Positions 1 to 8,691 of a DNA stretch of 47,476 bases are shown here, in pieces; position 1 is the first letter of the stretch, and every line of letters starts with the position of its first letter. The notes below the pieces were generated by a model. It had not been told where the DNA came from. It made no database searches and worked only from the letters and a program-made list of their open reading frames with translations. This DNA comes from a virus: the IMG/VR virus record IMGVR_UViG_3300027863_001490. One strand, 5' to 3'. The translations under genes were made by a program, and so were the position numbers.

Positions 1-127
1 GCCAATCTGGAAGGAGTACGAGGACAAGAGAGCGCCAATCTGGAAGGAGTACGAGGACAAGAGAGCGCAAATCTTGAAGGAGTACGAGGACAAGAGAGCG
101 CAAATCTTGAAGGAGAAAAAACAAAAA
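1..127. repeat. Terminal redundancy, identical to 47350-47476 (circular assembly overlap)
   Basis: 127 nt at both ends are identical, including the non-repeat tail GGAGAAAAAACAAAAA; an ORF reads across the join. Confidence 0.9.
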
Positions 128-402
128 TGAGTGACCAAGTGCCCAAAATCGCAGAACTCGCCGAAATCCAAAAACAACTCAACGAACTCAAAGAAACCAT
201 CGACACCATAAGAGACGAAATCCTTGAATCCATCGAAGACACCCAAAAACAACTAAACGCCAAACTGCTCGAAATTGGAGCCTTCCAGCAAAACGTCTTA
301 GAACCCAATCAACAAAAAATCTGGAACGACGGAATAGGTACAATTCTTAAAACACTTAAAGAAGTCGAAAAAGTCCTAAACATAGAGCCTGACGAACAGT
401 GA
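127..402 (+). CDS. Small coiled-coil hypothetical protein
   Basis: GGAG upstream; ATGA overlap with stop of junction-spanning ORF; heptad-like Leu/Ile pattern. Confidence 0.75.
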   Translation: MSDQVPKIAELAEIQKQLNELKETIDTIRDEILESIEDTQKQLNAKLLEIGAFQQNVLEPNQQKIWNDGIGTILKTLKEVEKVLNIEPDEQ

Positions 403-509
403 GCGCCAAACAATTCAGCCAAATCCTCGCAGTCTGCAACCGCACAGAAAAAGCACAAACCAAACTAAAAACCGACATCCACAACCTAATCCAGAAGTAC
501 AAAAAATGA
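399..509 (+). CDS. 36-aa hypothetical protein (not in ORF track)
   Basis: GTGA overlap with upstream stop and ATGA overlap with downstream start (translational coupling on both sides). Confidence 0.55.
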   Translation: MSAKQFSQILAVCNRTEKAQTKLKTDIHNLIQKYKK

Positions 510-823
510 CCCAAATTTTCGCCGAATGGCTCTGCCGAATCTGCAAAGGCACACACCGCATAAACTACGATTTCATAGTGGACCCCTGCATAGCCTTTAA
601 CCGTCCAGTCTACCGAAAAGGTGACATCATAATTGACGACCCCGCCTATACAAAAGCAAACAAGAAAAACAGCAAAGGACGCCTAACCAAGCATACCCGA
701 TACGCTGTCTACGTCTCAAAAGACATATCAATGAAGCAGGTAATCGACACCCTAAAAGACTACATCCGAGAATACTATACAACTCTAAACGACACAGTTA
801 AGGTAGATGTTTGTTTTGACTGA
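506..823 (+). CDS. Hypothetical protein, possible Zn-binding
   Basis: CRIC...H...C near N-terminus; coupled start. Confidence 0.65.
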   Translation: MTQIFAEWLCRICKGTHRINYDFIVDPCIAFNRPVYRKGDIIIDDPAYTKANKKNSKGRLTKHTRYAVYVSKDISMKQVIDTLKDYIREYYTTLNDTVKVDVCFD

Positions 824-1022
824 AAAAGGAACACTCGGCAAAGCCCCAACTATAGAAGAAATCGCAAGAAAAGCCCTCTTTGAACGAACCATCGACCTAT
901 TGGTGGCTCTTAGAATGGGTTTGGACTGCGAAACAATCAAAAGACATGCTCAAGCTATTGAGCAATTAAGTAAAAACGTAGGAGATTCACCAAAAAATGA
1001 CCCTGAACAACGACCCAACTAA
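807..1022 (+). CDS. Hypothetical protein
   Basis: ORF in overlapping operon-like array. Confidence 0.55.
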   Translation: MFVLTEKGTLGKAPTIEEIARKALFERTIDLLVALRMGLDCETIKRHAQAIEQLSKNVGDSPKNDPEQRPN

Positions 1023-1554
1023 ACCCCCCGAACAACCAACTCCTGAAACAGAAAAAAAGAAACCCCAAAACAAACCCAAACTCACCAAAGCCATAGAACT
1101 CGCACAAAAATACATCGACCTACCATACGCAGCCGCAAAACAGCGCATCATGGAAGAAACCCCATGCGTCAAAAGCACCGCCCACAAAGCCTACCACCTT
1201 GTCCACGACAAACCCAAAACCCAAACCCCAACATCCACAACGCCAACCCTAAACGTAATCAATGAACCCGACAAAACCCCCACTTTCCTACCCGAAGGCG
1301 GCGACCTACAACCACCCGAAGCCCCCGCCCTCTCATATACTAACCAATCTGAAGCGCCGATATTGGCAGCCCTATGCAAAAAATATGGGTTATTCTGGGA
1401 TGGTGAATTTTTCTATAAACTTCAGAGCACTATGATACTTCGCTGGCCACATTGGAGAACAAATTATCGCGTAGATATGGAAAAAGTCCGCGTGAAACAT
1501 AATCAGAGTCCTAAACAGAAGAAACTCTTGCCAATGCTGGGAGTACCTCAATGA
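997..1554 (+). CDS. Hypothetical protein with Pro/Thr/Lys-rich segments
   Basis: 185-aa ORF; stop overlaps methyltransferase start (ATGA). Confidence 0.65.
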   Translation: MTLNNDPTKPPEQPTPETEKKKPQNKPKLTKAIELAQKYIDLPYAAAKQRIMEETPCVKSTAHKAYHLVHDKPKTQTPTSTTPTLNVINEPDKTPTFLPEGGDLQPPEAPALSYTNQSEAPILAALCKKYGLFWDGEFFYKLQSTMILRWPHWRTNYRVDMEKVRVKHNQSPKQKKLLPMLGVPQ

Positions 1555-2369
1555 TTGATCTCTCTTTGTACCAAGGGGACTGCTTGAAGGTTTTTCCGCA
1601 AATACCTGACGAAAGCGTTGACTTAATCGTAACAAGTCCACCCTACAATGTCGGAATAGATTACGGCGTTTATAAAGATAACCTCTCTTTTCAGCAATAT
1701 TACAAGTGGGTTAAGGATTGGTTGTCTGAATGCTACCGAGTCAACAGGGTCGGCGGGCGAATCTGCCTAAACATACCGCTCTGTGCGAATACTCAGGTTA
1801 GAAAAGGGGAACACCTCGAAACTTTCATCGATAAATTTCTCCTTCTTATGGCTGGAGTTGGCTATTCTAACAGAGAAACTATTGTTTGGCTGAAAGCTCA
1901 TAATGGCGACGTGGAAAAGTTCTGTGGAAATAATACCGCTTGGGGCAGTTGGATGTCACCTAGTAATCCATATTGCCGTTCATTCACGGAATTTATTTTA
2001 GTCGCCCATAAAATTGAGCCAAAAATCCAGCATGTCGGTGTCACTGACTTAACTAAAGCTGAGTTCCTAAAATTCAGTCGCAATTATTGGGTCATGCCTA
2101 CAGCGACAACATCCGAACATCCAGCCATCTTCCCCGAAGAATTAGCTTATCGCTGCATGAAGCTTTACAGTTACGTTGGCGATGTTGTGTTGGACCCGTT
2201 CTTGGGTTGGGGAACAACTATGAAGGTGGCGCGGCAACTGAAGCGTAGCTGCATCGGAATAGAATTGGACCCTAAATCGGTTCAGTTAATTAAAAGCCGA
2301 GTCGATTGGGGTTCCAGTTTCGGTGATGTTGCTTTCCATTTTAATCAAGAATTAACGGTGACACAATGA
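1551..2369 (+). CDS. DNA amino-methyltransferase (N4C/N6A family, beta-type motif order)
   Basis: GDCL motif X, catalytic motif IV VTSPPY precedes SAM-binding motif I VLDPFLGWGTT; HPAIFP motif; IGIELD. Confidence 0.93.
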   Translation: MIDLSLYQGDCLKVFPQIPDESVDLIVTSPPYNVGIDYGVYKDNLSFQQYYKWVKDWLSECYRVNRVGGRICLNIPLCANTQVRKGEHLETFIDKFLLLMAGVGYSNRETIVWLKAHNGDVEKFCGNNTAWGSWMSPSNPYCRSFTEFILVAHKIEPKIQHVGVTDLTKAEFLKFSRNYWVMPTATTSEHPAIFPEELAYRCMKLYSYVGDVVLDPFLGWGTTMKVARQLKRSCIGIELDPKSVQLIKSRVDWGSSFGDVAFHFNQELTVTQ

Positions 2370-2722
2370 GAGTCACAGTTTGCCCTTGTTGTGGTGTGGT
2401 CATACGAGATAACCCTCTTTGGCGGGGCTCTCGGTACGATTTTAACGCCGACTATATGCGCTTCGAAGATGGAGAACAACAGCCTGAGCTCAAAGAAATC
2501 TGTCTCTCTCTCTCCGAAAAAGGCAATTTTGACCCTGTAGTTGTAGGTCCACTCACTTATTATCGACGAGGAAAAGGTGGTAAGTGGCTCTACCGTGTTC
2601 CTAATGAGGATTTCAAGGTTGAAACTGAAAAAAGTAAACCGAAGGGGAAACAACTTCGATTTATCAAACGGATTGATCAAGAAACTAAGCAAAAAGTGTT
2701 AATCGTTAACAATCCTTCCTAA
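2366..2722 (+). CDS. Hypothetical protein with N-terminal CPCC
   Basis: ATGA-coupled to methyltransferase. Confidence 0.65.
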   Translation: MRVTVCPCCGVVIRDNPLWRGSRYDFNADYMRFEDGEQQPELKEICLSLSEKGNFDPVVVGPLTYYRRGKGGKWLYRVPNEDFKVETEKSKPKGKQLRFIKRIDQETKQKVLIVNNPS

Positions 2723-2754
2723 AATGTTCCCATAGGCTACATTTTGGGAACATT
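2723..2754. promoter_or_regulatory. Perfect palindrome AATGTTCCCA-N12-TGGGAACATT (site 1)
   Basis: 10-bp inverted arms directly after stop of 2366..2722; same architecture at 45409-45440. Confidence 0.75.
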
Positions 2755-2814
2755 GGACTCTGCAAACGCTTTTATGCGTCATAATTGCTTTTTTCTTTTA
2801 AGAGTTGAACAGAT

Positions 2815-3369
2815 TTGAGTTATGGAACTAACAATCGAGGCGGCGGTTACGGCGGTCAAAACAGGCGTTCTGGTCATGGTTCAGGCAAAGGTAAGAAAAA
2901 AGACGATGATTTCACAGCAAAGTACCTGAGAGGCGACATTTCCGAGGATACATGGCGCCGACATCAAAATGCTGATCGACGCGCTAACGCTCCAACCATC
3001 GAAACTGTCATGGGTCAAATCTCGCAGAAAGCAAATGCTGAAAAAGGCTCTCAAGACTATCAAGGATGGACTAACTGGGATACATGGGAACTGATGCTTC
3101 TCCTCGAAAACACTCAACCTAGCGCAAAATGGTTAGATGCTTGGGCTGAGAATTTCGTCAAGAAAATTAAGCAAGGCAAATTTAGCGAGGAAGAAGCTGA
3201 AAAAGTCGTTGCGACATATCTGATTCCAGTGGCCAGAGGCACAAGAAAACCAGTGTTCTATGATGAATACCATGAATTTACTCCTGACGAAAACATCGAT
3301 CCGAAGAAAGTCAACAAAGCAGAAGTCGTTCATAACCTAATTCAGCGATACCAAGAAAATCATTCTTAA
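2815..3369 (+). CDS. RGG-leader protein 1 (contains GWTNWDTW motif)
   Basis: N-terminus MSYGTNNRGGGYGGQNRR shared with genes at 44374 and 44981; GWTNWxTW motif resembles one I recall from small phage proteins of unknown function. Confidence 0.8.
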   Translation: MSYGTNNRGGGYGGQNRRSGHGSGKGKKKDDDFTAKYLRGDISEDTWRRHQNADRRANAPTIETVMGQISQKANAEKGSQDYQGWTNWDTWELMLLLENTQPSAKWLDAWAENFVKKIKQGKFSEEEAEKVVATYLIPVARGTRKPVFYDEYHEFTPDENIDPKKVNKAEVVHNLIQRYQENHS

Positions 3370-3401
3370 CCTCTTTCTTTTCTTTACCAAAACCCTTAAT
3401 A

Positions 3402-3422
3402 CCTTATAGTTGTACTATAAGG
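3402..3422. promoter_or_regulatory. Perfect palindrome CCTTATAGT-TGT-ACTATAAGG, probable operator
   Basis: 9-bp arms, 17 nt upstream of TTG at 3440. Confidence 0.55.
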
Positions 3423-3439
3423 GCTTGTGGCTAACTAAC

Positions 3440-3577
3440 TTGAGTGAAGATGTCTGGACTCCTGAAGATGACGCTGAATTTAAGCGTTTAAACAATAAAA
3501 GAGCCCGGATACGCCGAAACGAAAAGCGAATTAGAAAGTTCTCACCAAAAAAGAAAGCCGCAAGTGAAAAACCATGA
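3440..3577 (+). CDS. 45-aa basic peptide (not in ORF track)
   Basis: TTG start; stop overlaps next ATG (ATGA). Confidence 0.55.
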   Translation: MSEDVWTPEDDAEFKRLNNKRARIRRNEKRIRKFSPKKKAASEKP

Positions 3578-3795
3578 CGTTATTTTATCAACTCCCGAAA
3601 GAACAGCAAGCAAAAATCCGTGAAATGACTAATGATTTGGTTGCTTTAGATAACAAAATGCTTGATTCTCTGAAGAAGATTCAGGGAAAATACGAGTGGC
3701 ATAGAGACTTCATTAAAGAGTTTCTAAAAGGCAATCGAACGATGGAGCAATTTGAAGCGTTTCTGAAGAAGGACCAAGAAAATCCGGGGCTTTAA
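3574..3795 (+). CDS. Hypothetical protein
   Basis: Coupled ORF, helical composition. Confidence 0.65.
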   Translation: MTLFYQLPKEQQAKIREMTNDLVALDNKMLDSLKKIQGKYEWHRDFIKEFLKGNRTMEQFEAFLKKDQENPGL

Positions 3796-3820
3796 ATCAC
3801 CCCAAAATTACAATTAACGG

Positions 3821-4240
3821 CTACTTCTGTTCATCCTCTAGTGGGATGCCGCCGCCTTGAATGAGATTCCAGAAGTCAATCCAGTAGTTTCCTTTGTATT
3901 CGCCGCCCATCCAGAAGATTTTGAAATGGTTCTTGCGGTCCTTATCCATTAATTCTCTTAACCATTCTGGATCACGACGCGCTGGAAGACACTCGGGTAT
4001 TTCGAGCCATAAATCACGCCAATCACTACCACAGACGACAAACCGGGTAACTGGGAAGCCGTCGAAGCGGATTAAGGTTTCAAGGCAAGCTCCCCAGCCT
4101 AAATCGAGGCTGTCTAATTGGTTCGAGTCAGGTTCTCCAAGGCCGCCGCTCCATAAAACATGAACGAAAAAGCTGCCTTCTTCATTGACTAATCCATCTA
4201 AACTCGCTGGTGGTGGATAAAGGTCGCTCATCCTTATCAC
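3821..4240 (-). CDS. Hypothetical Trp-rich protein
   Basis: 139-aa ORF in minus-strand block with T-rich leader motif upstream. Confidence 0.6.
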   Translation of the reverse strand: MIRMSDLYPPPASLDGLVNEEGSFFVHVLWSGGLGEPDSNQLDSLDLGWGACLETLIRFDGFPVTRFVVCGSDWRDLWLEIPECLPARRDPEWLRELMDKDRKNHFKIFWMGGEYKGNYWIDFWNLIQGGGIPLEDEQK

Positions 4241-4264
4241 AATAGAAAAAATTCGCCAAACAAT

Positions 4265-4507
4265 TCATTGGTGGCGATCTCTGCTCGGTTCAAACGGTGC
4301 GAGCCAGAGTTGTTCTTGCCAAGGTCGCGGCGTCGATTTCGGTGTTTTATCTGGTAGCACAAATGGAGTAAGACCCTGAACAGTATAAACCATTAGCTTT
4401 TTTGGTTGATGTATGTGTTCGAGGCAAACTACAGCGTCGTTGCTTATGCAAACATAGTCGTCTTCTGGCGCCAGCAATTTTTTGCACATTGAGCAGTGAA
4501 AATCCAT
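4265..4507 (-). CDS. Small Zn-finger protein
   Basis: CSMC...C...CLEH ligand pattern. Confidence 0.65.
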   Translation of the reverse strand: MDFHCSMCKKLLAPEDDYVCISNDAVVCLEHIHQPKKLMVYTVQGLTPFVLPDKTPKSTPRPWQEQLWLAPFEPSRDRHQ

Positions 4508-4529
4508 TATCTCACCAACAGAAAAAATC

Positions 4530-4970
4530 TCAGGCTATCTGTAATGGGGGATTGGGCAGAATCTGAATAATGTGCTTTCTTTCGAGCCGTATTATTGAAT
4601 CCGACAAATCGTTTTTGAAGACGTTTTCTAATTCCTCAAAGGTGCATGAGCCTTTCTTTTGAATGTAGAGAACAAGACCTCTTTCAATACTGCCACAGTG
4701 ATAGGTTGTTCTGCGAAGGATTGTGATTTTTTTGTCACGCATATTTAGCCTGAACTCGCCTAAAGTGTTGCACCTGATGTCTTGGGTTCCTTTTTTATTT
4801 CGATGTTTAATTCTTGGTGGTAGCATCGGCGCCGCTTTATGGATTTCGAGCAAGTTTTTGATTGCTGAGCGAATGGCTTCGCTCCTTGAGGAGTAGTGTC
4901 CTTGAGTTACGAGAGCATCTAAGGCGTCTCTCTCGGGTTTGGATAATCGTAACCCTGTTGAGTGTGGCAT
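4530..4970 (-). CDS. RHH (CopG/NikR-like) regulator with probable C-terminal wHTH
   Basis: GLRLSKPERDALDALVTQGHYSSRSEAIRSAIKNLL is a typical RHH signature. Confidence 0.85.
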   Translation of the reverse strand: MPHSTGLRLSKPERDALDALVTQGHYSSRSEAIRSAIKNLLEIHKAAPMLPPRIKHRNKKGTQDIRCNTLGEFRLNMRDKKITILRRTTYHCGSIERGLVLYIQKKGSCTFEELENVFKNDLSDSIIRLERKHIIQILPNPPLQIA

Positions 4971-5046
4971 GTGAGTTTCCCAGTAATAGAAAAATCAACC
5001 CAAAACGAGGATTAAGGGAACTTTTTTCTATTAGGAGAATAAAGTA

Positions 5047-5301
5047 ATGACTGAAATGGAGCCCTTGTATAAAAAAGGGGAATCGGTCTGGCCGAGTTCA
5101 ACCAATAGATTCAAGTTCAATAAAAATGCTAAATTTCCTTGGAAAGTCCATAGACAAGAGGGCTTAACACTCTATGTTGAACATCCATCACGAACAGGCA
5201 AAAAGGTTATTGAATCATGGTTCGTTGGTTTCTGGCAAGACCATCCCGTAGCAGAGGAAAAAGAAATTGGAAAGCCAAAGCAGCATCGAAAAGCAAATTG
5301 A
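5047..5301 (+). CDS. Hypothetical protein
   Basis: GGAG RBS-like site, 84-aa ORF. Confidence 0.6.
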   Translation: MTEMEPLYKKGESVWPSSTNRFKFNKNAKFPWKVHRQEGLTLYVEHPSRTGKKVIESWFVGFWQDHPVAEEKEIGKPKQHRKAN

Positions 5302-7117
5302 CATCGGTAACACTCAGCGGCGAATTGAGGCTTTACTTGAACAGTTTCGTCTTCAAGCCGCCGAACTCGAAACTAATTTCTACTTAGAACTGCTAGATCT
5401 CCAAAAGAAAGGCGTTAAAATCGACCAAGCCCAAATCCAAACATTCCTTAAGCATTACTGGTATACTCACCCAACCAAGAACCCGAATGAGTGGGAGGTC
5501 GCTATTCCAGTTTTTATTCCTTTTAACATCGGTTGGTTTGACCGAACAGAAGGCGGCTACAACATCTTCACAATCAACCGATTCACTAAATGGCTTGGAG
5601 AAAAAATCCCCGATTTTATCAGCCACGAAATCAATATTCCTTCTGGACCCGAAGTATCACTCGACGGCTTAAACCTGTCATTTCCAGAAGCACAGATGGA
5701 GAAAGTCGAGAATAAATTTGGTCGGCATCTTAGTTTAGTTGAAAAGAACCGCGCAACCGTCAAGCAAGGCCACGAATTTGACTTAATCGCTGAAATCATC
5801 GATTCAGGCAGCTTACCATTTGTACCCCATGCAGTAGCCAAAGAAGATTTACGGGATAGTGATTTCACCCAGATTTGGGATGAGCTCGCCGAAAAATACA
5901 ATCCGCTGCAAATCTTCGAAGGCAAATATAGCTATCAGGGCGATGCTTGGAAAGTCTTCGAAAAATACGGCTCTGTCGGTATCTTTTGGGCTATGGGTTT
6001 TGGAAAAACGGTCATCGGAACCTATATTTTGAGCAGAATAATAGGTCGCAAGTTCATAGTGGTTCCATCAAACACTCTCAAGGAGCAATGGCTTCAATTC
6101 TTCAAATGGAACTGCCCAAGACTCCTAGAGGAAGTTGACGTTGTTACCTATCAGGGCATGAGCCGAAAAACTTGGGATGAACTGAAGAAAAAGAATTACG
6201 TTTGCGGTGGTTATGACGAATGCCATAGTCTACCGGCTGATAGCTTCAGTAAATTAGCAACAATAAAGACAAAGTACCGCTTTGGGCTTTCTGCCACTCC
6301 CTACCGTGAAGATGGTCGTGCTAGTTACGTGATTTCACTTACTGGTTATCCCGTTGGATTAGACTGGCGAACAATAATGCAAGTGCTCGGCAAAGAGTAT
6401 CACACTGTAAACGTTCATGTTGTAAAGGATTTAGATTCAAAGATCGCTCTCACACGGCAGCTTTTCAACCCAGAGCAACGTACAGTCATATTCGTTAACC
6501 TCTTAGATATTGGAAACAAAATCGCCGACATGCTTGAATTGCCCTTCATAAGTGGGGAAACAAAGAACCGTTTAGAGGTCATCAAAGAGGCGCCGTCTTT
6601 TGTCGCCTCTCGGGTCATGGAGGAAGGCGTTTCAATCAAAGACTTAGAACACATAATCGAGGTTGATTATCTATTCGGAAGCAAACGCGAAGAACTTCAA
6701 CGGACAGGTCGACTGATGCACTCGCTGGCTGAAAACAAGGTTCATGATGTAATAATGACGAAAGATGAGCTTGAAAGCTATGGAAAACGTCTCTTCAGTC
6801 TCTATGAAAAAGGCTTCAGACCACGATTGATTCCGCATTTGACAGGTGTTTCTCTGCCAACCGAGAAGAAGCAGAATGGTCAGAATAAATCCTACTCGAA
6901 GGGCGAAAAGAATTGGCGAAAGGTACTTGACGAATTGTATGAAGAAGGCTACTTCCAAAAAGGGCGGGTGCGTTCTGATATTGTTTCGGAGTTTGCCCGT
7001 CGTGCGGTAAAGCTTGATCAAAGCAACTTAACACATGCTCTCGATTCTATGGTTAAAGTCAAAAAACTGTACAAGACGAGAACTGAGAAAGGACTTGAAT
7101 ATATTTCAAGAACCTAA
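5267..7117 (+). CDS. SF2 helicase, XPB/Rad25/ResIII-like, with extra N-terminal domain and probable C-terminal wHTH
   Basis: Walker A AMGFGKT, YDECH (DExH), LSATPYRED, QRTGRLMH. Confidence 0.9.
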   Translation: MESQSSIEKQIDIGNTQRRIEALLEQFRLQAAELETNFYLELLDLQKKGVKIDQAQIQTFLKHYWYTHPTKNPNEWEVAIPVFIPFNIGWFDRTEGGYNIFTINRFTKWLGEKIPDFISHEINIPSGPEVSLDGLNLSFPEAQMEKVENKFGRHLSLVEKNRATVKQGHEFDLIAEIIDSGSLPFVPHAVAKEDLRDSDFTQIWDELAEKYNPLQIFEGKYSYQGDAWKVFEKYGSVGIFWAMGFGKTVIGTYILSRIIGRKFIVVPSNTLKEQWLQFFKWNCPRLLEEVDVVTYQGMSRKTWDELKKKNYVCGGYDECHSLPADSFSKLATIKTKYRFGLSATPYREDGRASYVISLTGYPVGLDWRTIMQVLGKEYHTVNVHVVKDLDSKIALTRQLFNPEQRTVIFVNLLDIGNKIADMLELPFISGETKNRLEVIKEAPSFVASRVMEEGVSIKDLEHIIEVDYLFGSKREELQRTGRLMHSLAENKVHDVIMTKDELESYGKRLFSLYEKGFRPRLIPHLTGVSLPTEKKQNGQNKSYSKGEKNWRKVLDELYEEGYFQKGRVRSDIVSEFARRAVKLDQSNLTHALDSMVKVKKLYKTRTEKGLEYISRT

Positions 7118-7127
7118 TTTTTTCTTA

Positions 7128-7209
7128 TGCACCCCGACGAGCCCGGCACAAGGGCATTGTGTTAGAGGTCTTTCATCGCGAGATGTTTGATCTCAAGTCG
7201 GGGACTGCA
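7128..7209 (+). ncRNA. Candidate structured non-coding RNA
   Basis: CCCCGAC/GTCGGGG closing stem, internal hairpins, CATC-GCGA-GATG GNRA tetraloop; intergenic. Confidence 0.4.
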
Positions 7210-7340
7210 CTTTTTCCCATAATTTAATTTTTGTCAGGAAATAGTAACAATCAGCGACATGATTCGTTCTGACGGTAAAAAGCCTGTGCTTGTTTGGGAA
7301 GGTAGTTATCATAGTTACTGATTTTTCCTTCGATGAAGGA

Positions 7341-7844
7341 ATGAGTGATACTAAGCGCAACCAGAAAACTCTTGACGGAAAACGTGTTATGAAGGCTCTT
7401 TCAGTTCGGGAGCCTTGGGCTGGTTTGATTAGGAATGGAAAGAAAACGATAGAGACGCGGACATGGAACACGAATTATCGCGGCGATTTGTTAATTTGTG
7501 CTTCTGCTAATCCTAAGACAGGGTTAAGTGGAAAGGCTGTTTGCATCGTTGAAGTTGTCGATTGTCGTCCTATGGAGAAATCAGATGAAATGGCTGCTTG
7601 TTGTGAAATTTATCCCAATGCTAAAGCGTGGATTCTCCGTAATATTCGACCTATAACTCCTTTTCCTGTCAAGGGGCAACTACAGATTTTCGAGGTTTGC
7701 TATATGATCTCTGAAGAGCCAACCTTCACTTGCACAAAATGTAATAAACCATTAACTTTGATTCGTAATGATATTTGGAAATGCCTTAACTGCAACATAG
7801 AAAAACATCCCTGTTATAAGAGTGATACACTGCCAACCAAGTGA
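7341..7844 (+). CDS. ASCH domain protein with C-terminal Zn ribbon (track start 7290)
   Basis: ALSVREPWAGLIRNGKKTIETR ASCH motif, VKGQLQIF; CTKC...CLNC. Confidence 0.9.
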   Translation: MSDTKRNQKTLDGKRVMKALSVREPWAGLIRNGKKTIETRTWNTNYRGDLLICASANPKTGLSGKAVCIVEVVDCRPMEKSDEMAACCEIYPNAKAWILRNIRPITPFPVKGQLQIFEVCYMISEEPTFTCTKCNKPLTLIRNDIWKCLNCNIEKHPCYKSDTLPTK

Positions 7845-7868
7845 CTTTTTTCTATTAGTGAAAATAAA

Positions 7869-8234
7869 TTGCCTTCAAGCAAAAAATGCTCAAAGAAATC
7901 TTCAATTACCTTCGGGTCAATAATTACTATTTTGTTCGCTATTGGCTGCATGATTTATGTTTACATCGAATCAGGAAGTTTTCTAGCTGTTGGATTGGCT
8001 GCCCTCCTCGTTTTTGCTGGGACAATTATAGCTCTAATCGGATGGATACCGTTTGGTATTGGTCCAGTCATCTATTATTTTTTTCTCTGGCCGTGGTTGA
8101 TACAAAACACTGTCGGTTATTATCCGTACCTTAATATGCCTACAACCTTGTTTGCCATTGAACTCTTCACGATGGCTTTTGCTATCCTCTATACAGTTGC
8201 AAGTTCTTTCTTTATTTGGGCGCTAACTCGATGA
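7869..8234 (+). CDS. Multi-pass membrane protein
   Basis: Four hydrophobic segments. Confidence 0.75.
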   Translation: MPSSKKCSKKSSITFGSIITILFAIGCMIYVYIESGSFLAVGLAALLVFAGTIIALIGWIPFGIGPVIYYFFLWPWLIQNTVGYYPYLNMPTTLFAIELFTMAFAILYTVASSFFIWALTR

Positions 8235-8273
8235 ATCTTCTGTAAAAAAATATTTAGGGAGTATTTTTCTTAT

Positions 8274-8525
8274 GTGATCTTTAGCTTGAAATATGTAGCA
8301 AATCGGCTTCTCTCAAAAGTAGGAAGTGCTATGTTCTTGATAGGTGGAATAATCTGCGCTTTAGTGCTGCTTGTTGGCTACTGTGCTTCTGCCGTGTTGA
8401 CTTATTTGCCTGTCGATTGGGGTTGGGTGTTTTTTGCCGGTTTCTGGGTGGCTGTTTCGGGCTTGCTGGTTCAGGTCATTTCAACCCCGTTTAAGAGAGA
8501 TAAAAATGGTTCAAGTCCAAGTTAA
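8274..8525 (+). CDS. Small membrane protein (2 TM)
   Basis: Two hydrophobic helices, basic tail. Confidence 0.65.
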   Translation: MIFSLKYVANRLLSKVGSAMFLIGGIICALVLLVGYCASAVLTYLPVDWGWVFFAGFWVAVSGLLVQVISTPFKRDKNGSSPS

Positions 8526-8691
8526 CAAAAACAAAAAAGGCAACCCTCAATTCGAGTTATTTTCTGGAATGGGAAACGTTACGCTTTGCCCTTCATGTGG
8601 CAGCCCCGACGTTGAAGAGACGGAAAGGGAAATTCTCTGTCATACATGCGGGATGGGCAAATACAAGGATGGGAGGCGTCATTTTGGTTGA
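8506..8691 (+). CDS. Zn-ribbon protein
   Basis: CPSCGS...CHTCG; ATG at 8506 more plausible than track start 8434. Confidence 0.7.
   Translation: MVQVQVNKNKKGNPQFELFSGMGNVTLCPSCGSPDVEETEREILCHTCGMGKYKDGRRHFG

Noticed and set aside
5393-7034. Numerous short ORFs nested in or antisense to long genes (also throughout the window)
   Set aside because: Shadow frames of well-supported genes
7132-7204. Functional tRNA gene
   Set aside because: Acceptor-like and D-like stems are present but there is no anticodon stem and no canonical TTC loop; kept only as a structured RNA candidate
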